Below, in pieces: positions 27,354 to 36,556 of a stretch of 64,000 nt of DNA; the stretch's first letter is position 1; each line of letters begins with the position of its first letter. The notes below the pieces were generated by a model. The model did no database searches, had not been told where the DNA came from, and worked only from the letters and a program-made list of their open reading frames with translations. Origin of the DNA: an uncultured bacterium (GTDB lineage Bacteria > Patescibacteriota > Minisyncoccia > Phycocordibacterales > DATDWN01); assembly GCA_903861205.1 (NCBI GenBank), contig CAIOTC010000022.1, positions 25-64,024 on the forward strand, read 5' to 3'. The position numbers and the translations under genes were made by a program.

Positions 27354-27830
27354 TTAGGCTACTTCCTTTAAAGGTTCATACTCAAAACAAACTTGTTTCT
27401 TCATGCCCGTATCATAGTGCGACTTGGCGCGGATCTTTTGACCGGAAAAAACGAGTGGTATCCATGTTTTGTCCGCGTGCCACATTCTGTCAAATGGCAT
27501 GTTGCTCATACTATGCAATTCCGGAAAACCCATCTCCTCGGTTTCGCGCAAATCCCCCGCCCACCTGCGACAAAAATAAATATGACACTCGTAAAGATGG
27601 ACTTCCCCTTCAAAAAAGTCTATGACGGCCACTTTTTCCAAATCCCGCTTTGAGGCAACCGCACCCGCTTCCTCCTCCAACTCGCGAATGGCCGTATCAT
27701 CAATTGTTGTGTCAATTGGTTTTTGTTTGCCTCCATATCCATTCAAAAAACCAACACCAAACCCGTCTTTTTTGTTGGCAAGAAAAACATTTTGACCCTG
27801 AATTGGAAAAACAATAGTGGTTATTCTCAT
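27354..27830 (-). CDS. NUDIX hydrolase (MTH1/8-oxo-dGTPase-like)
   Basis: GFGVGFLNGYGGK...AIRELEEEAG...ETEEM...MWHAD. Confidence 0.85.
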   Translation of the reverse strand: MRITTIVFPIQGQNVFLANKKDGFGVGFLNGYGGKQKPIDTTIDDTAIRELEEEAGAVASKRDLEKVAVIDFFEGEVHLYECHIYFCRRWAGDLRETEEMGFPELHSMSNMPFDRMWHADKTWIPLVFSGQKIRAKSHYDTGMKKQVCFEYEPLKEVA

Positions 27831-27875
27831 ATTTGCTCCATTTTCATAATATTCCCCTTTTAAATTTTAAGCAAA

Positions 27876-28262
27876 CTATAGGACAAGATCATCGATCACT
27901 TCAATTTTTACGAGTCTTTTATCATTATCCAAATAGACAGTAACGACATCAAACTGCCACTCTGTTTCGTCTGAAACATCCTTGTCCATTAAATATGTTT
28001 CAAACACCCTGCCCAGCCTTTGCAGTTTCCACGCATGAACATTGTCTTCCGGCCGATAATCGCTCGATGTTCCACGTGTAACACTCTTTACCTCCACAAA
28101 ATGGATTTTACTCCCCTTCTTGGCTACAATATCAATCTCGCCCCACTTTCGCAGATAGTTACGATCTATTATCTTATAGCCGTTTTTTTTCAGATAATCA
28201 CAAGCAAAATCCTCGCCAATTCTACCTATTATTTGCTTATCTGTTGGTTTACCGTGGAACAT
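27876..28262 (-). CDS. yraN: YraN family PD-(D/E)xK protein
   Basis: GRIGED, GYKIIDRNY, GEIDIVA, FVEVKS, FDVV. Confidence 0.92.
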   Translation of the reverse strand: MFHGKPTDKQIIGRIGEDFACDYLKKNGYKIIDRNYLRKWGEIDIVAKKGSKIHFVEVKSVTRGTSSDYRPEDNVHAWKLQRLGRVFETYLMDKDVSDETEWQFDVVTVYLDNDKRLVKIEVIDDLVL

Positions 28263-28518
28263 GGAAATATTGTATCATGTGTAACAAAATAAATGTTTTC
28301 ACGTGAAACATTGGTAAAAAATCTATAAAACAGACGTCTGATAGGTTAGTTGTTCTTGAGAAACCCGTATTTTAAGCCATTTTTTGATTCATAGGGACAA
28401 AATTCATCAAATCTTCATAATAGTCAAAGACCTGTCCTTAATCCCCATGTCCACACAGTTATCCACAGTTTTTGACAATGGCAGAGATATAATTTTTGAA
28501 GTGCTGTATAATATATTA

Positions 28519-29190
28519 ATGATATCACAGGAGTTAAAAGATAAAGCATTGCAACTTAGAAAAAACGGCAAAAGCTACGGGTTTATCTCCGCAGAAACAG
28601 GCATATCTTCAGGTATGTTATCTTATTGGTTTTCAAAGAAAGAGTGGTCAAAGAAAATTGCTATAGAAAATAATGATAAGAATATAAAAAACTCAACAAA
28701 AAGAATTATTGCTATGGATAGGCAAAGATTATTCAATTTATCAGAGAAATACAGACTTGCTAGGGAAGAGGCTACTGAGCAATTCCAAAATTGGAAGTAT
28801 GAGCCATTATTTGTTGGTTCACTCATGCTATATCAGGGCGAAGGTGATAAATCAGCGACTGGTGGCAGTATCAGAATTGGAAACATTGATTATTCAGTTT
28901 TAAAGATATTTATCAGATTCATATTAAAATATTCTGATATTTCGCCTAATAATATACATTTCTGGCTATTAGCATACCCAGATCTTGATGTTAAAAATTG
29001 TGAAAAGTGGTGGTTAGAAAAGTTAGAATTATCAATGAATAATTTATATAGAACTCAGATAATTCAGGGTAGACACAAAACAAAAAGGTTGCGTTTTGGA
29101 GTAGGAAATATTATAATTCCAAACAAGAGATTGAAAGTGAAAATATTGAAATGGATTGAACTCGCTTCAGAGGAATTAATGCGGGCGTAG
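28519..29190 (+). CDS. HTH plus LAGLIDADG-like protein overlapping tRNA-Gly
   Basis: ALQLRKNGKSYGFISAETGISSGMLSYW (HTH); GSLMLYQGEGDK (LAGLIDADG-like); AT-rich. Confidence 0.75.
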   Translation: MISQELKDKALQLRKNGKSYGFISAETGISSGMLSYWFSKKEWSKKIAIENNDKNIKNSTKRIIAMDRQRLFNLSEKYRLAREEATEQFQNWKYEPLFVGSLMLYQGEGDKSATGGSIRIGNIDYSVLKIFIRFILKYSDISPNNIHFWLLAYPDLDVKNCEKWWLEKLELSMNNLYRTQIIQGRHKTKRLRFGVGNIIIPNKRLKVKILKWIELASEELMRA

Positions 29191-29254
29191 TTTAGCGGTA
29201 GAACATTTGGTTGCCAATCAAATAGTGTGAGTCCGACTCTCACCTCCCGCACCA
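29181..29254 (+). tRNA. tRNA-Gly(GCC) with encoded CCA
   Basis: Anticodon arm TTTGG-TTGCCAA-TCAAA; T-loop TCCGACT (non-canonical); one acceptor-stem mismatch. Confidence 0.88.
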
Positions 29255-29428
29255 TAGAAAAAAGACCTAATTTTAGGTCTTTTTTCTATGGTGCCCCGTA
29301 TCGAGACGTACCTCGAACCTGGAATGCACTGCTGCCGAAACTCGTTGAGTGGATTACAACGAGTGATGACGATTCACATGAGGTAGTAAAGACATTGCTG
29401 GAACAACACAAAGGGGCCAGCCCGACTC

Positions 29429-29662
29429 CTACGCTAAATTAAGCTCGCGTCGCACCTCGTCCATCTGATGCTCCAGCTCCGTTATCTTGTTACCAACATC
29501 TAGTCGTGAAGTGACATCATCAAAACCGCGCTTGGTCATCCGGGCCAACTGTTCCTGAGACTCGTCGATACGAGTGACCAGCTTAACTTCAAGATCTTGC
29601 AGATCTGCTTTTGTCGCTAAGCCCTGAATTGTTTTATCAAAATGTTCTTTAGTGAGCTCCAT
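29429..29662 (-). CDS. Small coiled-coil protein (LATKADL type)
   Basis: LATKADLQDLE...LARMTKRGF; TATAAA and TTGACC upstream. Confidence 0.65.
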   Translation of the reverse strand: MELTKEHFDKTIQGLATKADLQDLEVKLVTRIDESQEQLARMTKRGFDDVTSRLDVGNKITELEHQMDEVRRELNLA

Positions 29663-29773
29663 GGTAATGAGAGGTTAATAATTGATGTCAATTTTATACC
29701 CCGATATCTTTTTGGTCAAGCCGTGGCAATGTACAGTTTCCAAAAGGTCGGCAGCCATAATTACACATGACCT

Positions 29774-30043
29774 ATGGAAAGACATACACACCCATTGGCA
29801 GAATTGTACCCGACGTTCTCGCGCGAGCAGTTGGACGAAGCTGAGGAGAATCTTAAGCAATACGCTGCCCTGGCGGCTCGAATGTTTGAGAGGATATGGG
29901 GCGACCCTGAGGCCCACGCCAGGCTTACTCGTATCATTGATCGGGAGAGGGCAATTGGCACGGCACAGAACATTGACGCCGGCGACAAGAAGTTCGATTC
30001 CTCTCCAGAAATATCACTGAGTAAAAATGCAAAGATACTGTAG
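29774..30043 (+). CDS. Small hypothetical protein, possibly from a mobile element
   Basis: LYPTFSREQLDEAEENLKQY; higher GC than neighbours. Confidence 0.55.
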   Translation: MERHTHPLAELYPTFSREQLDEAEENLKQYAALAARMFERIWGDPEAHARLTRIIDRERAIGTAQNIDAGDKKFDSSPEISLSKNAKIL

Positions 30044-30140
30044 CCTGCGGGGGCAGATCAGCAAAAAACACTGATGACATCAGTGTTTTTTGACAATTCA
30101 CAATTTGTCGATGGCGACAACTTTCACCGCCTTGACAATG

Positions 30141-30212
30141 TGCTCCCGGCAGGACTCGAACCTACAATGACTGATTCGAAGTCAGTTATGATATCCATTT
30201 CACCACGGGAGC
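30141..30212 (-). tRNA. tRNA-Arg(TCG)
   Basis: Anticodon arm ACTGA-CTTCGAA-TCAGT; TTCGA T-loop. Confidence 0.94.
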
Positions 30213-30260
30213 AATGAGATAAATATACAACAAAAGAGCAATTAATGCTATTATTGAGAC

Positions 30261-31733
30261 ATGAAAATCGAATTTCCGGTACCACAGGAAGTTACACGTG
30301 TAACAGAAACACTCAAAAAGGCAGGTTTTGAGGCTTTTTTGGTGGGTGGATGCGTGCGAGATCTGTTTTTGAATAGAAAACCGAAGGACTGGGATGTGAC
30401 CACGAACGCCACACCGGAGCAGATAATTCCTTTATTTCCACACACATTTTACGAAAACACGTTCGGAACTGTCGGGATTGTAAATGATGAGACCGAGGAT
30501 TCGAGCTTAAAAACCGTGGAAGCCACTCCATATCGTATAGAATCCGACTATTCTGATAATCGTCATCCGGATAAAGTGACATTCAGCCAGAAAATCGAGG
30601 ACGATTTGAAAAGACGAGATTTTACCATGAACGCTTTAGCCTACGATACAACGACAGGGAAGATAATAGACCTGTTTGATGGGATAAAAGACATAAAGGA
30701 CAAAACCATTAGAACAGTAGGGAAGCCGGAGGATAGATTCAAGGAAGACGGCTTGCGAATACTTCGAGCTGTACGCTTTTTCGCTGAACTCGGCTTTGTT
30801 GTTTCACCTGAAACAGAGAAAGCTATTCTTGAAAACGCAGATTTGTTGAAAAACATTTCAAAAGAGAGGATTCGCGATGAGTTTACCAAGATAATCATGT
30901 CAGAAAAGCCAATGGATGGACTTTTGTTGCTGCGAAAACTCGGTTTGATGAAGTATGTCATTCCACAAATGGAAGAAGCGTATGATATAGAACAAAATCA
31001 TGCACATAAATACGATGTCTGGGAGCATTTAATCCGAAGTGTTCAAACTGCAGCCGATAAGAACTTTCCCCTGGAAATCCGTTTAACGGCTATGGTACAC
31101 GATATTTCCAAGCCGGCCGCTCGCCGATGGGACGCCGAACACGAACAATGGACTTTTTACGGCCATGAAGTTTTGGGTTCACGTGAAACGAAGAAAATTC
31201 TTTCCGACTTACGTTTCCCGGCAAAGGTTGTTGAAAAAGTAACGACACTTGCCCGTTGGCATATGTTTTTTTCCGATACCGAGCAAATTACGCTCTCTGC
31301 GGTCCGTAGAATGATTGCCAATGTTGGACGAGAAAACATCTGGGATTTGATGAATGTGCGCATATGCGACCGTATAGGGACCGGCAGGCCCAAGGAAGAT
31401 CCATATCGTCTACGAAAATATCACGCCATGATCGAAGAAGCACTTCGCGATCCGGTTTCCGTAGCAATGCTTAAGATTGACGGCAAAAAAATAATGGATG
31501 TTACACGGGAAACACCTGGACCGAAAATCGGTTGGACTTTGCACGCTCTGCTCGAGGAAGTTTTGGATGATCCAAAGAAAAATACCGAGGAATATCTGGA
31601 AAATCGCGCAAAAGAGCTATTTTCATTGCCTGAAAATGAATTGGAAGCTCTGGGCGAGAAAGGAAAACAAACAAAAGAGGAAGCAGATGAGGAGGAAATA
31701 AAGAAAATACGTGGAAAACATTGGGTTAAATAG
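30261..31733 (+). CDS. cca: CCA tRNA nucleotidyltransferase with HD domain
   Basis: VGGCVRD..DWDVTT, DLKRRDFTMNA, EDGLRILRAVRF, HDISK. Confidence 0.93.
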   Translation: MKIEFPVPQEVTRVTETLKKAGFEAFLVGGCVRDLFLNRKPKDWDVTTNATPEQIIPLFPHTFYENTFGTVGIVNDETEDSSLKTVEATPYRIESDYSDNRHPDKVTFSQKIEDDLKRRDFTMNALAYDTTTGKIIDLFDGIKDIKDKTIRTVGKPEDRFKEDGLRILRAVRFFAELGFVVSPETEKAILENADLLKNISKERIRDEFTKIIMSEKPMDGLLLLRKLGLMKYVIPQMEEAYDIEQNHAHKYDVWEHLIRSVQTAADKNFPLEIRLTAMVHDISKPAARRWDAEHEQWTFYGHEVLGSRETKKILSDLRFPAKVVEKVTTLARWHMFFSDTEQITLSAVRRMIANVGRENIWDLMNVRICDRIGTGRPKEDPYRLRKYHAMIEEALRDPVSVAMLKIDGKKIMDVTRETPGPKIGWTLHALLEEVLDDPKKNTEEYLENRAKELFSLPENELEALGEKGKQTKEEADEEEIKKIRGKHWVK

Positions 31734-32157
31734 AGGTTAGGGATTAGAGAGAAGAGGTTAGGGTTAACAAAAAACCGCCCATACACGAGCGAGATGTGCT
31801 AGTGAATAGAGCGGTTGGGTAAAGGAACCACTCAGTCAGACCATAAAGTCAGATACTATATCTCGAAAAAATAAAAAATAGTAGATAGTTTGAAGATATT
31901 TAGATCGTTGACTAAAAGTATAACCAAGTTGCCCTTAAATAGAGGACTGGCCAAGTCCCAAAAAAGAACGACACTATGTGTAAAGAACAATGCAGATTTT
32001 TTGCCCGGGTTTTATCGGACATATTAACTGCGGTCTGAAATTATTATACTACCAGTAAAAGACATGTAAAGGACATAACAATAAAACTGTGGATAAGTCA
32101 TGTCTTTTAGATTAGATACACTGTATAATTATTTCATTAACAATTAATTTTTATTTT

Positions 32158-32388
32158 ATGAAAACACTTCACGTCGTCGCCTTCATACTTCTTGTTGTGG
32201 GAGGTTTGAATTGGGGATTGGAGGTTTTTGGTTGGGGAATCGGCAGTTGGGGATTCTTGCCGACAGTGGTCGTGCAAGCAATATATTTGTTGGTGGCCGT
32301 TTCCGCATTAGTGGAAATTTTCACCCACAAAAGCAACTGTGCACATTGCGCTTCAAAGGAAGCAGCACCTATGAGTACTACGATATAA
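32158..32388 (+). CDS. DUF378 small membrane protein
   Basis: LLVVGGLNWGL...IYLLVAVSA. Confidence 0.85.
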   Translation: MKTLHVVAFILLVVGGLNWGLEVFGWGIGSWGFLPTVVVQAIYLLVAVSALVEIFTHKSNCAHCASKEAAPMSTTI

Positions 32389-32416
32389 ACAGAGGTTAGA
32401 GATAAGAGATTTGAGA

Positions 32417-32451
32417 TAACAAAAAACTCGGCAAGGCCGAGTTTTTTGTTA
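32417..32451. terminator. Bidirectional intrinsic terminator
   Basis: TAACAAAAAACTCGGC-AAG-GCCGAGTTTTTTGTTA. Confidence 0.8.
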
Positions 32452-33243
32452 CTTGATTTCCAGTTCGATAGGGCAGTGGTCGGAGCCGAGAACATCGGAA
32501 AGAATTTTTGAACTTTTGACCTTTGGCAAAAATTCTTTGTTGACGAAAAAATAATCAATGCGCCAGCCGATATTTCTTTCTCGAGCATTTCGCCAGGGCG
32601 TCCACCATGTATAGTGACCATTGCCTTTTGTAAAATGGCGAAAGGTATCAACAAATCCACCTTTGACCAACATGTCGATTCCTTCACGCTCTTGTTTTGT
32701 AAAACCATGATTACCCTCATTTTCCTTTGGATTGGCCAAGTCATCCTCGGTATGCGCCACATTCAGATCACCACAGAAAATGACCGGTTTTGTCTTTTTT
32801 AGATCTTTTATATATTCCAAAAATGCAGGATCCCAGCCTTTGTGTCGCAGATCCAAACGACTCAAATCTTGCTTGGCGTTCGGAGTGTAAACATTAACCA
32901 CATAAAAATTAGCAAATTCAGCTGTCATAACTCGGCCTTCTTTGTTTGGATCACCGTAACCGTCTTCGGAAAGTTTGTACTTGGCGCAAATTTCCTCTGA
33001 GAAACCGAAAGAAACGCTTACAGGTTTTTCACGGCAAAAAATAGCTGTTCCACTGTAACCGGCTTTCACAGCTGAATTCCAATATTCTTCGTACTCGGGC
33101 AAATCCACTTCGCTTTGGTGTTGCTGGGCTTTCGTTTCCTGCAAACAAATGATATCCGGTTTGTATTTCTCAACAAAAGGCACAAAAAGTCCTTTTTTAT
33201 GCACCGCCCGCAAACCGTTGACGTTCCAAGAGATTATTTTCAT
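32449..33243 (-). CDS. xth: Exodeoxyribonuclease III
   Basis: SWNVNGLRA, LQETK, GDLNVAH, GWRIDY, SDHCP. Confidence 0.96.
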   Translation of the reverse strand: MKIISWNVNGLRAVHKKGLFVPFVEKYKPDIICLQETKAQQHQSEVDLPEYEEYWNSAVKAGYSGTAIFCREKPVSVSFGFSEEICAKYKLSEDGYGDPNKEGRVMTAEFANFYVVNVYTPNAKQDLSRLDLRHKGWDPAFLEYIKDLKKTKPVIFCGDLNVAHTEDDLANPKENEGNHGFTKQEREGIDMLVKGGFVDTFRHFTKGNGHYTWWTPWRNARERNIGWRIDYFFVNKEFLPKVKSSKILSDVLGSDHCPIELEIK

Positions 33244-33282
33244 CCCTCCATTTTAGCAAATTACAAACAAATCTGCATTTTG

Positions 33283-33322
33283 ACCCTGTGATATTGCCCA
33301 GAGGGCACCTATATCACAGGGT
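33283..33322. repeat. CTGTGATAT hairpin, copy 2
   Basis: Reverse complement nearly identical to 18271-18310. Confidence 0.75.
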
Positions 33323-33369
33323 GGACTTTTAACATAATTCAGCGTAGTGTAATTATCGGAGGCGACACA

Positions 33370-33525
33370 ATGGTACCAACACTCAATCTTCTGCATGCAA
33401 ATAACGTGAAATTTATTGGAGAAATTCACTTGGAAATTGACAGATTTCTCAAAAAATTAGTCGTTTTATGCTTCGTTGTGGCAGTTCTTTGTTTTTCCAT
33501 GACAACATACATATTCTTGAAGTAG
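33370..33525 (+). CDS. 51-aa single-TM small protein (below ORF-track cutoff)
   Basis: GGAGG RBS; MVPTLNLL...LVVLCFVVAVLCFSMTTYIFLK*; terminator follows. Confidence 0.55.
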   Translation: MVPTLNLLHANNVKFIGEIHLEIDRFLKKLVVLCFVVAVLCFSMTTYIFLK

Positions 33526-33550
33526 GGAACCGTCCGTCGGTTCTCTTTTT

Positions 33551-34108
33551 TTATTTCGTATTAAAACCAATTTTTGATTTTGGTTTTACTTTTTCAACAA
33601 TTAGTTGGCGAATTGCATCAAAAATAGAAGCAAACTGACCATCATATTTTTGCTCCAAATCATCAAGTCTTTTAGCAATATCTTTATGCGATAACATCAA
33701 TTCGCGAATTCGCACAAATACTCTCATAATTGCAATGTTCATTTCAATAGCTCTGTTACTATTTAAAACACTGGATAACATAGCAACACCTTGTTCAGTG
33801 AATACATAAGGTAAATTACCAATGTTGCGTTTTGATGCGGTCACACTTTGTGACCGCATATTGACATTTGGTATCACAAATTGTGATACCAAATGAAGCG
33901 AATTTGTCTCTTTGATATTAAGTTGAAACATAAAATCTTTCGGAAACCTTTTTATGTTCCTTTTTACCGCTTGATTGAGAACTTTTGTCGGCACACCATA
34001 CAATTCTGCTAAATCACTATCCATCATCACTTTTTGACCACGAATAAAATATATTTTTCTCTCTATAAACTCTGCCGGAACCAAAACTTTTAAACTTATT
34101 TTACTCAT
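33551..34108 (-). CDS. ORF6N DNA-binding protein (paralog of 11351-11926)
   Basis: IRGQKVMMDSDLAELYGV, RFPKDFMFQL, FTEQGVAMLSSVL. Confidence 0.92.
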   Translation of the reverse strand: MSKISLKVLVPAEFIERKIYFIRGQKVMMDSDLAELYGVPTKVLNQAVKRNIKRFPKDFMFQLNIKETNSLHLVSQFVIPNVNMRSQSVTASKRNIGNLPYVFTEQGVAMLSSVLNSNRAIEMNIAIMRVFVRIRELMLSHKDIAKRLDDLEQKYDGQFASIFDAIRQLIVEKVKPKSKIGFNTK

Positions 34109-34114
34109 GAAAAA

Positions 34115-34654
34115 TTAAAAAGAATATTTATTTGTAACATATTTTTCTAACTCCTTTGTCAATTCGTAAACCAAATCTTTTTCGGGTGATTCAGGACAAC
34201 TTTCCAAAAACTTGCGAATCAAAACTATATATTGGTCGTGATAAGGTTTCTCCGGTTCTGACTGACGGATTTTGGTTATCCCTCTCAGATTAGCGGTGAA
34301 ATCAGCCAATTTTATTATTTTTGCTTTTGGTGATGTGTGATTCAGGTGTTCATAATATTCAACTTGCTGAATTTTGTTATAATTTTTTGGATGAGAAACT
34401 TCTTGGACCAAATCGGCCACCTCTTTTGAAAAAGTCTGTTCCAACTCCTCGTATGTTGTTTCAGTGTCTTCCAAAGTGTCGTGGAGAATAGCTGAAACCA
34501 AAATGTCCGGATCTTCAACATAAAATTCGTTTTGCAAAACTGCCAAAACATCAGGCCAATGATTGTCCGCGCCGGCTTCTTTGAATTTCCGTATGGCAAA
34601 TTCTTTTGCATGTTCAATTTTTTCAGCAGATTCCATATTTTTTATTTCTTCCAT
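34115..34654 (-). CDS. HD-domain protein (Mesh1/SpoT-hydrolase-like)
   Basis: AILHDTLEDT...VADLVQEVS...IKLAD..NL. Confidence 0.8.
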   Translation of the reverse strand: MEEIKNMESAEKIEHAKEFAIRKFKEAGADNHWPDVLAVLQNEFYVEDPDILVSAILHDTLEDTETTYEELEQTFSKEVADLVQEVSHPKNYNKIQQVEYYEHLNHTSPKAKIIKLADFTANLRGITKIRQSEPEKPYHDQYIVLIRKFLESCPESPEKDLVYELTKELEKYVTNKYSF

Positions 34655-34659
34655 AAATT

Positions 34660-35157
34660 TTATTTGTTATTATATTTCTCTTTCATTTCCATCGCACGTT
34701 CCATAATTCTGTCAGCAGCGTCGCTCCACTTTATATATTGTTTGAAATCCTGAGGATTAATTAATTTGATTTCTGTAATATCTCCGTCCGGATCAGAAAC
34801 AAAATCGCCATATGGTTCAACTATGCAAAAAGAATTTGCATGAAATATTGTTTTACCACTTTCAAACGTTAGAATCTGATATCCGATGTATTCTTGATGC
34901 AAAACTTTCATATTCGATTCTTCTTTTACCTCCCGTGTGGTAGCTTCTTCGAGTGTCTCGCCTTTTTCAATAGCGCCACCCGGAAATCCCCACGTATCGT
35001 TTTTATCACGAACAATAACCAACTTGTCCCCATAAAAACAATGGCCACTGACACCATTTAAAACAATCCCTTTAAGTTCAATCTCAGGATTACCTTCTTT
35101 ATACATAATATCAACTTTTTTTCCTTCCTTTGTGACAGTTTGAGATTTTATTTCCAT
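34660..35157 (-). CDS. NUDIX hydrolase
   Basis: PGGAIEKGETLEEATTREVKEES. Confidence 0.9.
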   Translation of the reverse strand: MEIKSQTVTKEGKKVDIMYKEGNPEIELKGIVLNGVSGHCFYGDKLVIVRDKNDTWGFPGGAIEKGETLEEATTREVKEESNMKVLHQEYIGYQILTFESGKTIFHANSFCIVEPYGDFVSDPDGDITEIKLINPQDFKQYIKWSDAADRIMERAMEMKEKYNNK

Positions 35158-35205
35158 GGTTTTAGTATAACAAATTTATGTAAACAAAAAGGGCTACCTC
35201 CGATA

Positions 35206-35625
35206 TCATCGAAAGTAGCCCGTAACATAAAGCGCGGACAGAACGCCGGCGCTATACGCTATGATCTCGCGTCGATATCGACGCCAGGCCCAGCGACAGA
35301 AACGAACGAACTGTCGCCAGAGGGAAGTCGCGGTCCTTCTCAACACGCGTCCCGTCCAGCCCATGTATGCATGGTGCTGGCGAACGATCATCGAGAAGCC
35401 GAACCCCATGACCCAAATTACAAGGGCCATGAAAAAGAGCGTATTGAAAGCCTGCATTTCCGTTCTCCTTTTTTTTTCCCACTTGCCTCGGCGAATGGAA
35501 ATTTTGCCATTTTGCCGGGAAGTCCGTTTGGTGTCCTTGTGGACACCACCAGTTTGAACGGGAAGGGGAAGGCGGATGCCTTTCCGTACCTCCCTCATGG
35601 AAATTACGGTCTTTGCTTTTTTCAT
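35206..35625 (-). CDS. Hypothetical membrane protein (internal start at 35457; possibly two fused small genes)
   Basis: AGGAG RBS before both 35625 and 35457; TM segments in the C-terminal half. Confidence 0.55.
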   Translation of the reverse strand: MKKAKTVISMREVRKGIRLPLPVQTGGVHKDTKRTSRQNGKISIRRGKWEKKRRTEMQAFNTLFFMALVIWVMGFGFSMIVRQHHAYMGWTGRVLRRTATSLWRQFVRFCRWAWRRYRREIIAYSAGVLSALYVTGYFR

Positions 35626-35703
35626 AAAGAACTCCTGCCAAAGAAAATTTTTTAAACTTGCTTTGGTAGAAGCCCGATCCGGTGTTTTGGATCGGGCAAA
35701 GGA

Positions 35704-36354
35704 TTACTTCTGATGATTGCGACGGGTTTTGAAAGCCATCGCATAGCGGATCTGGAGTTGAGGCGCGCCTTGTGGCATGCGCTGAAGCCAAAATTCCAAA
35801 TCGCCGTACCGTCCGCCTTTGAGGGTAACCGAGGCAAAGGGTTTGTGTTCCCATTTGGCTTCGCCGAACTGGTATGCGCCGTAGCCACCACCGAGCTTCC
35901 ATCGCCTGAACTCGTACTCCACCTTGGACCTCTCCAGAACATGCTGGATGCGTCCGGATTTGTTGAGTGGCAAGTAGGGGAAGTAGCAGGTCTCGCTCGC
36001 AATCTTGGGCGTCACTTTCCAGATAACCAGTGTCCAAGGAATAAAGTATGTTGCATTCCCTGAAGCTGTGCCGATTGCCTGTTCGATGTAGCCTTCCTCG
36101 ATAACGACGAACCGCTTAGAAGCGTGCAGGATTGCACCGCCGCCGATGCCAATCTCCCGGTAGTTGTTCTTACCGAAGTCGATGTAAAGCACATCGGGGT
36201 AGATCCAGCGGCCGCGGGTCTGATAGACCTCGGCATAGTGGTAGGTCGCTGTGTTCCTTGTGCCCATGCGAGCCATCACCGAAGTTTCGATCTCCTGCGC
36301 GTTGAGCGAAGAAAGACCGGCGAATAAGGCAAACATCACTATAATCGTTCTCAT
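35704..36354 (-). CDS. Secreted beta-strand-rich hypothetical protein
   Basis: Signal peptide ending LNA; alternating aromatic/Gly strands; own TTGACA-TATAAT promoter. Confidence 0.7.
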   Translation of the reverse strand: MRTIIVMFALFAGLSSLNAQEIETSVMARMGTRNTATYHYAEVYQTRGRWIYPDVLYIDFGKNNYREIGIGGGAILHASKRFVVIEEGYIEQAIGTASGNATYFIPWTLVIWKVTPKIASETCYFPYLPLNKSGRIQHVLERSKVEYEFRRWKLGGGYGAYQFGEAKWEHKPFASVTLKGGRYGDLEFWLQRMPQGAPQLQIRYAMAFKTRRNHQK

Positions 36355-36556
36355 AATTCCTCTCAAAGAACTTGAATTTTACTCCTGTGTAACGTTGTTT
36401 CTGTACTTTTCCAGTTCTCTATTATACACCCATTACAATCACTTGTCAAGTATTTTCGGGGAGAATTTTTAGCTTATTTTGAGCCCAAATTAGCCTTTTG
36501 TGATTGCCCCCACCGCAGAAAACTTTTGCAAAATTTTCTCTGGTAGAAGTCCCTGC

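Larger units (their letters stand above)
28068..31514. promoter_or_regulatory. Cluster of eight parS-like 16-mers
   Basis: Sites start at 28068, 28246, 28271, 28295, 30290, 30800, 31175 and 31499; all resemble TGTTNCACGTGAAACA. Confidence 0.8.

Noticed and set aside
35469-35477. Phase-variable homopolymer joining two small ORFs
   Set aside because: A 9-nt A/T run is common in this AT-rich sequence; no supporting evidence
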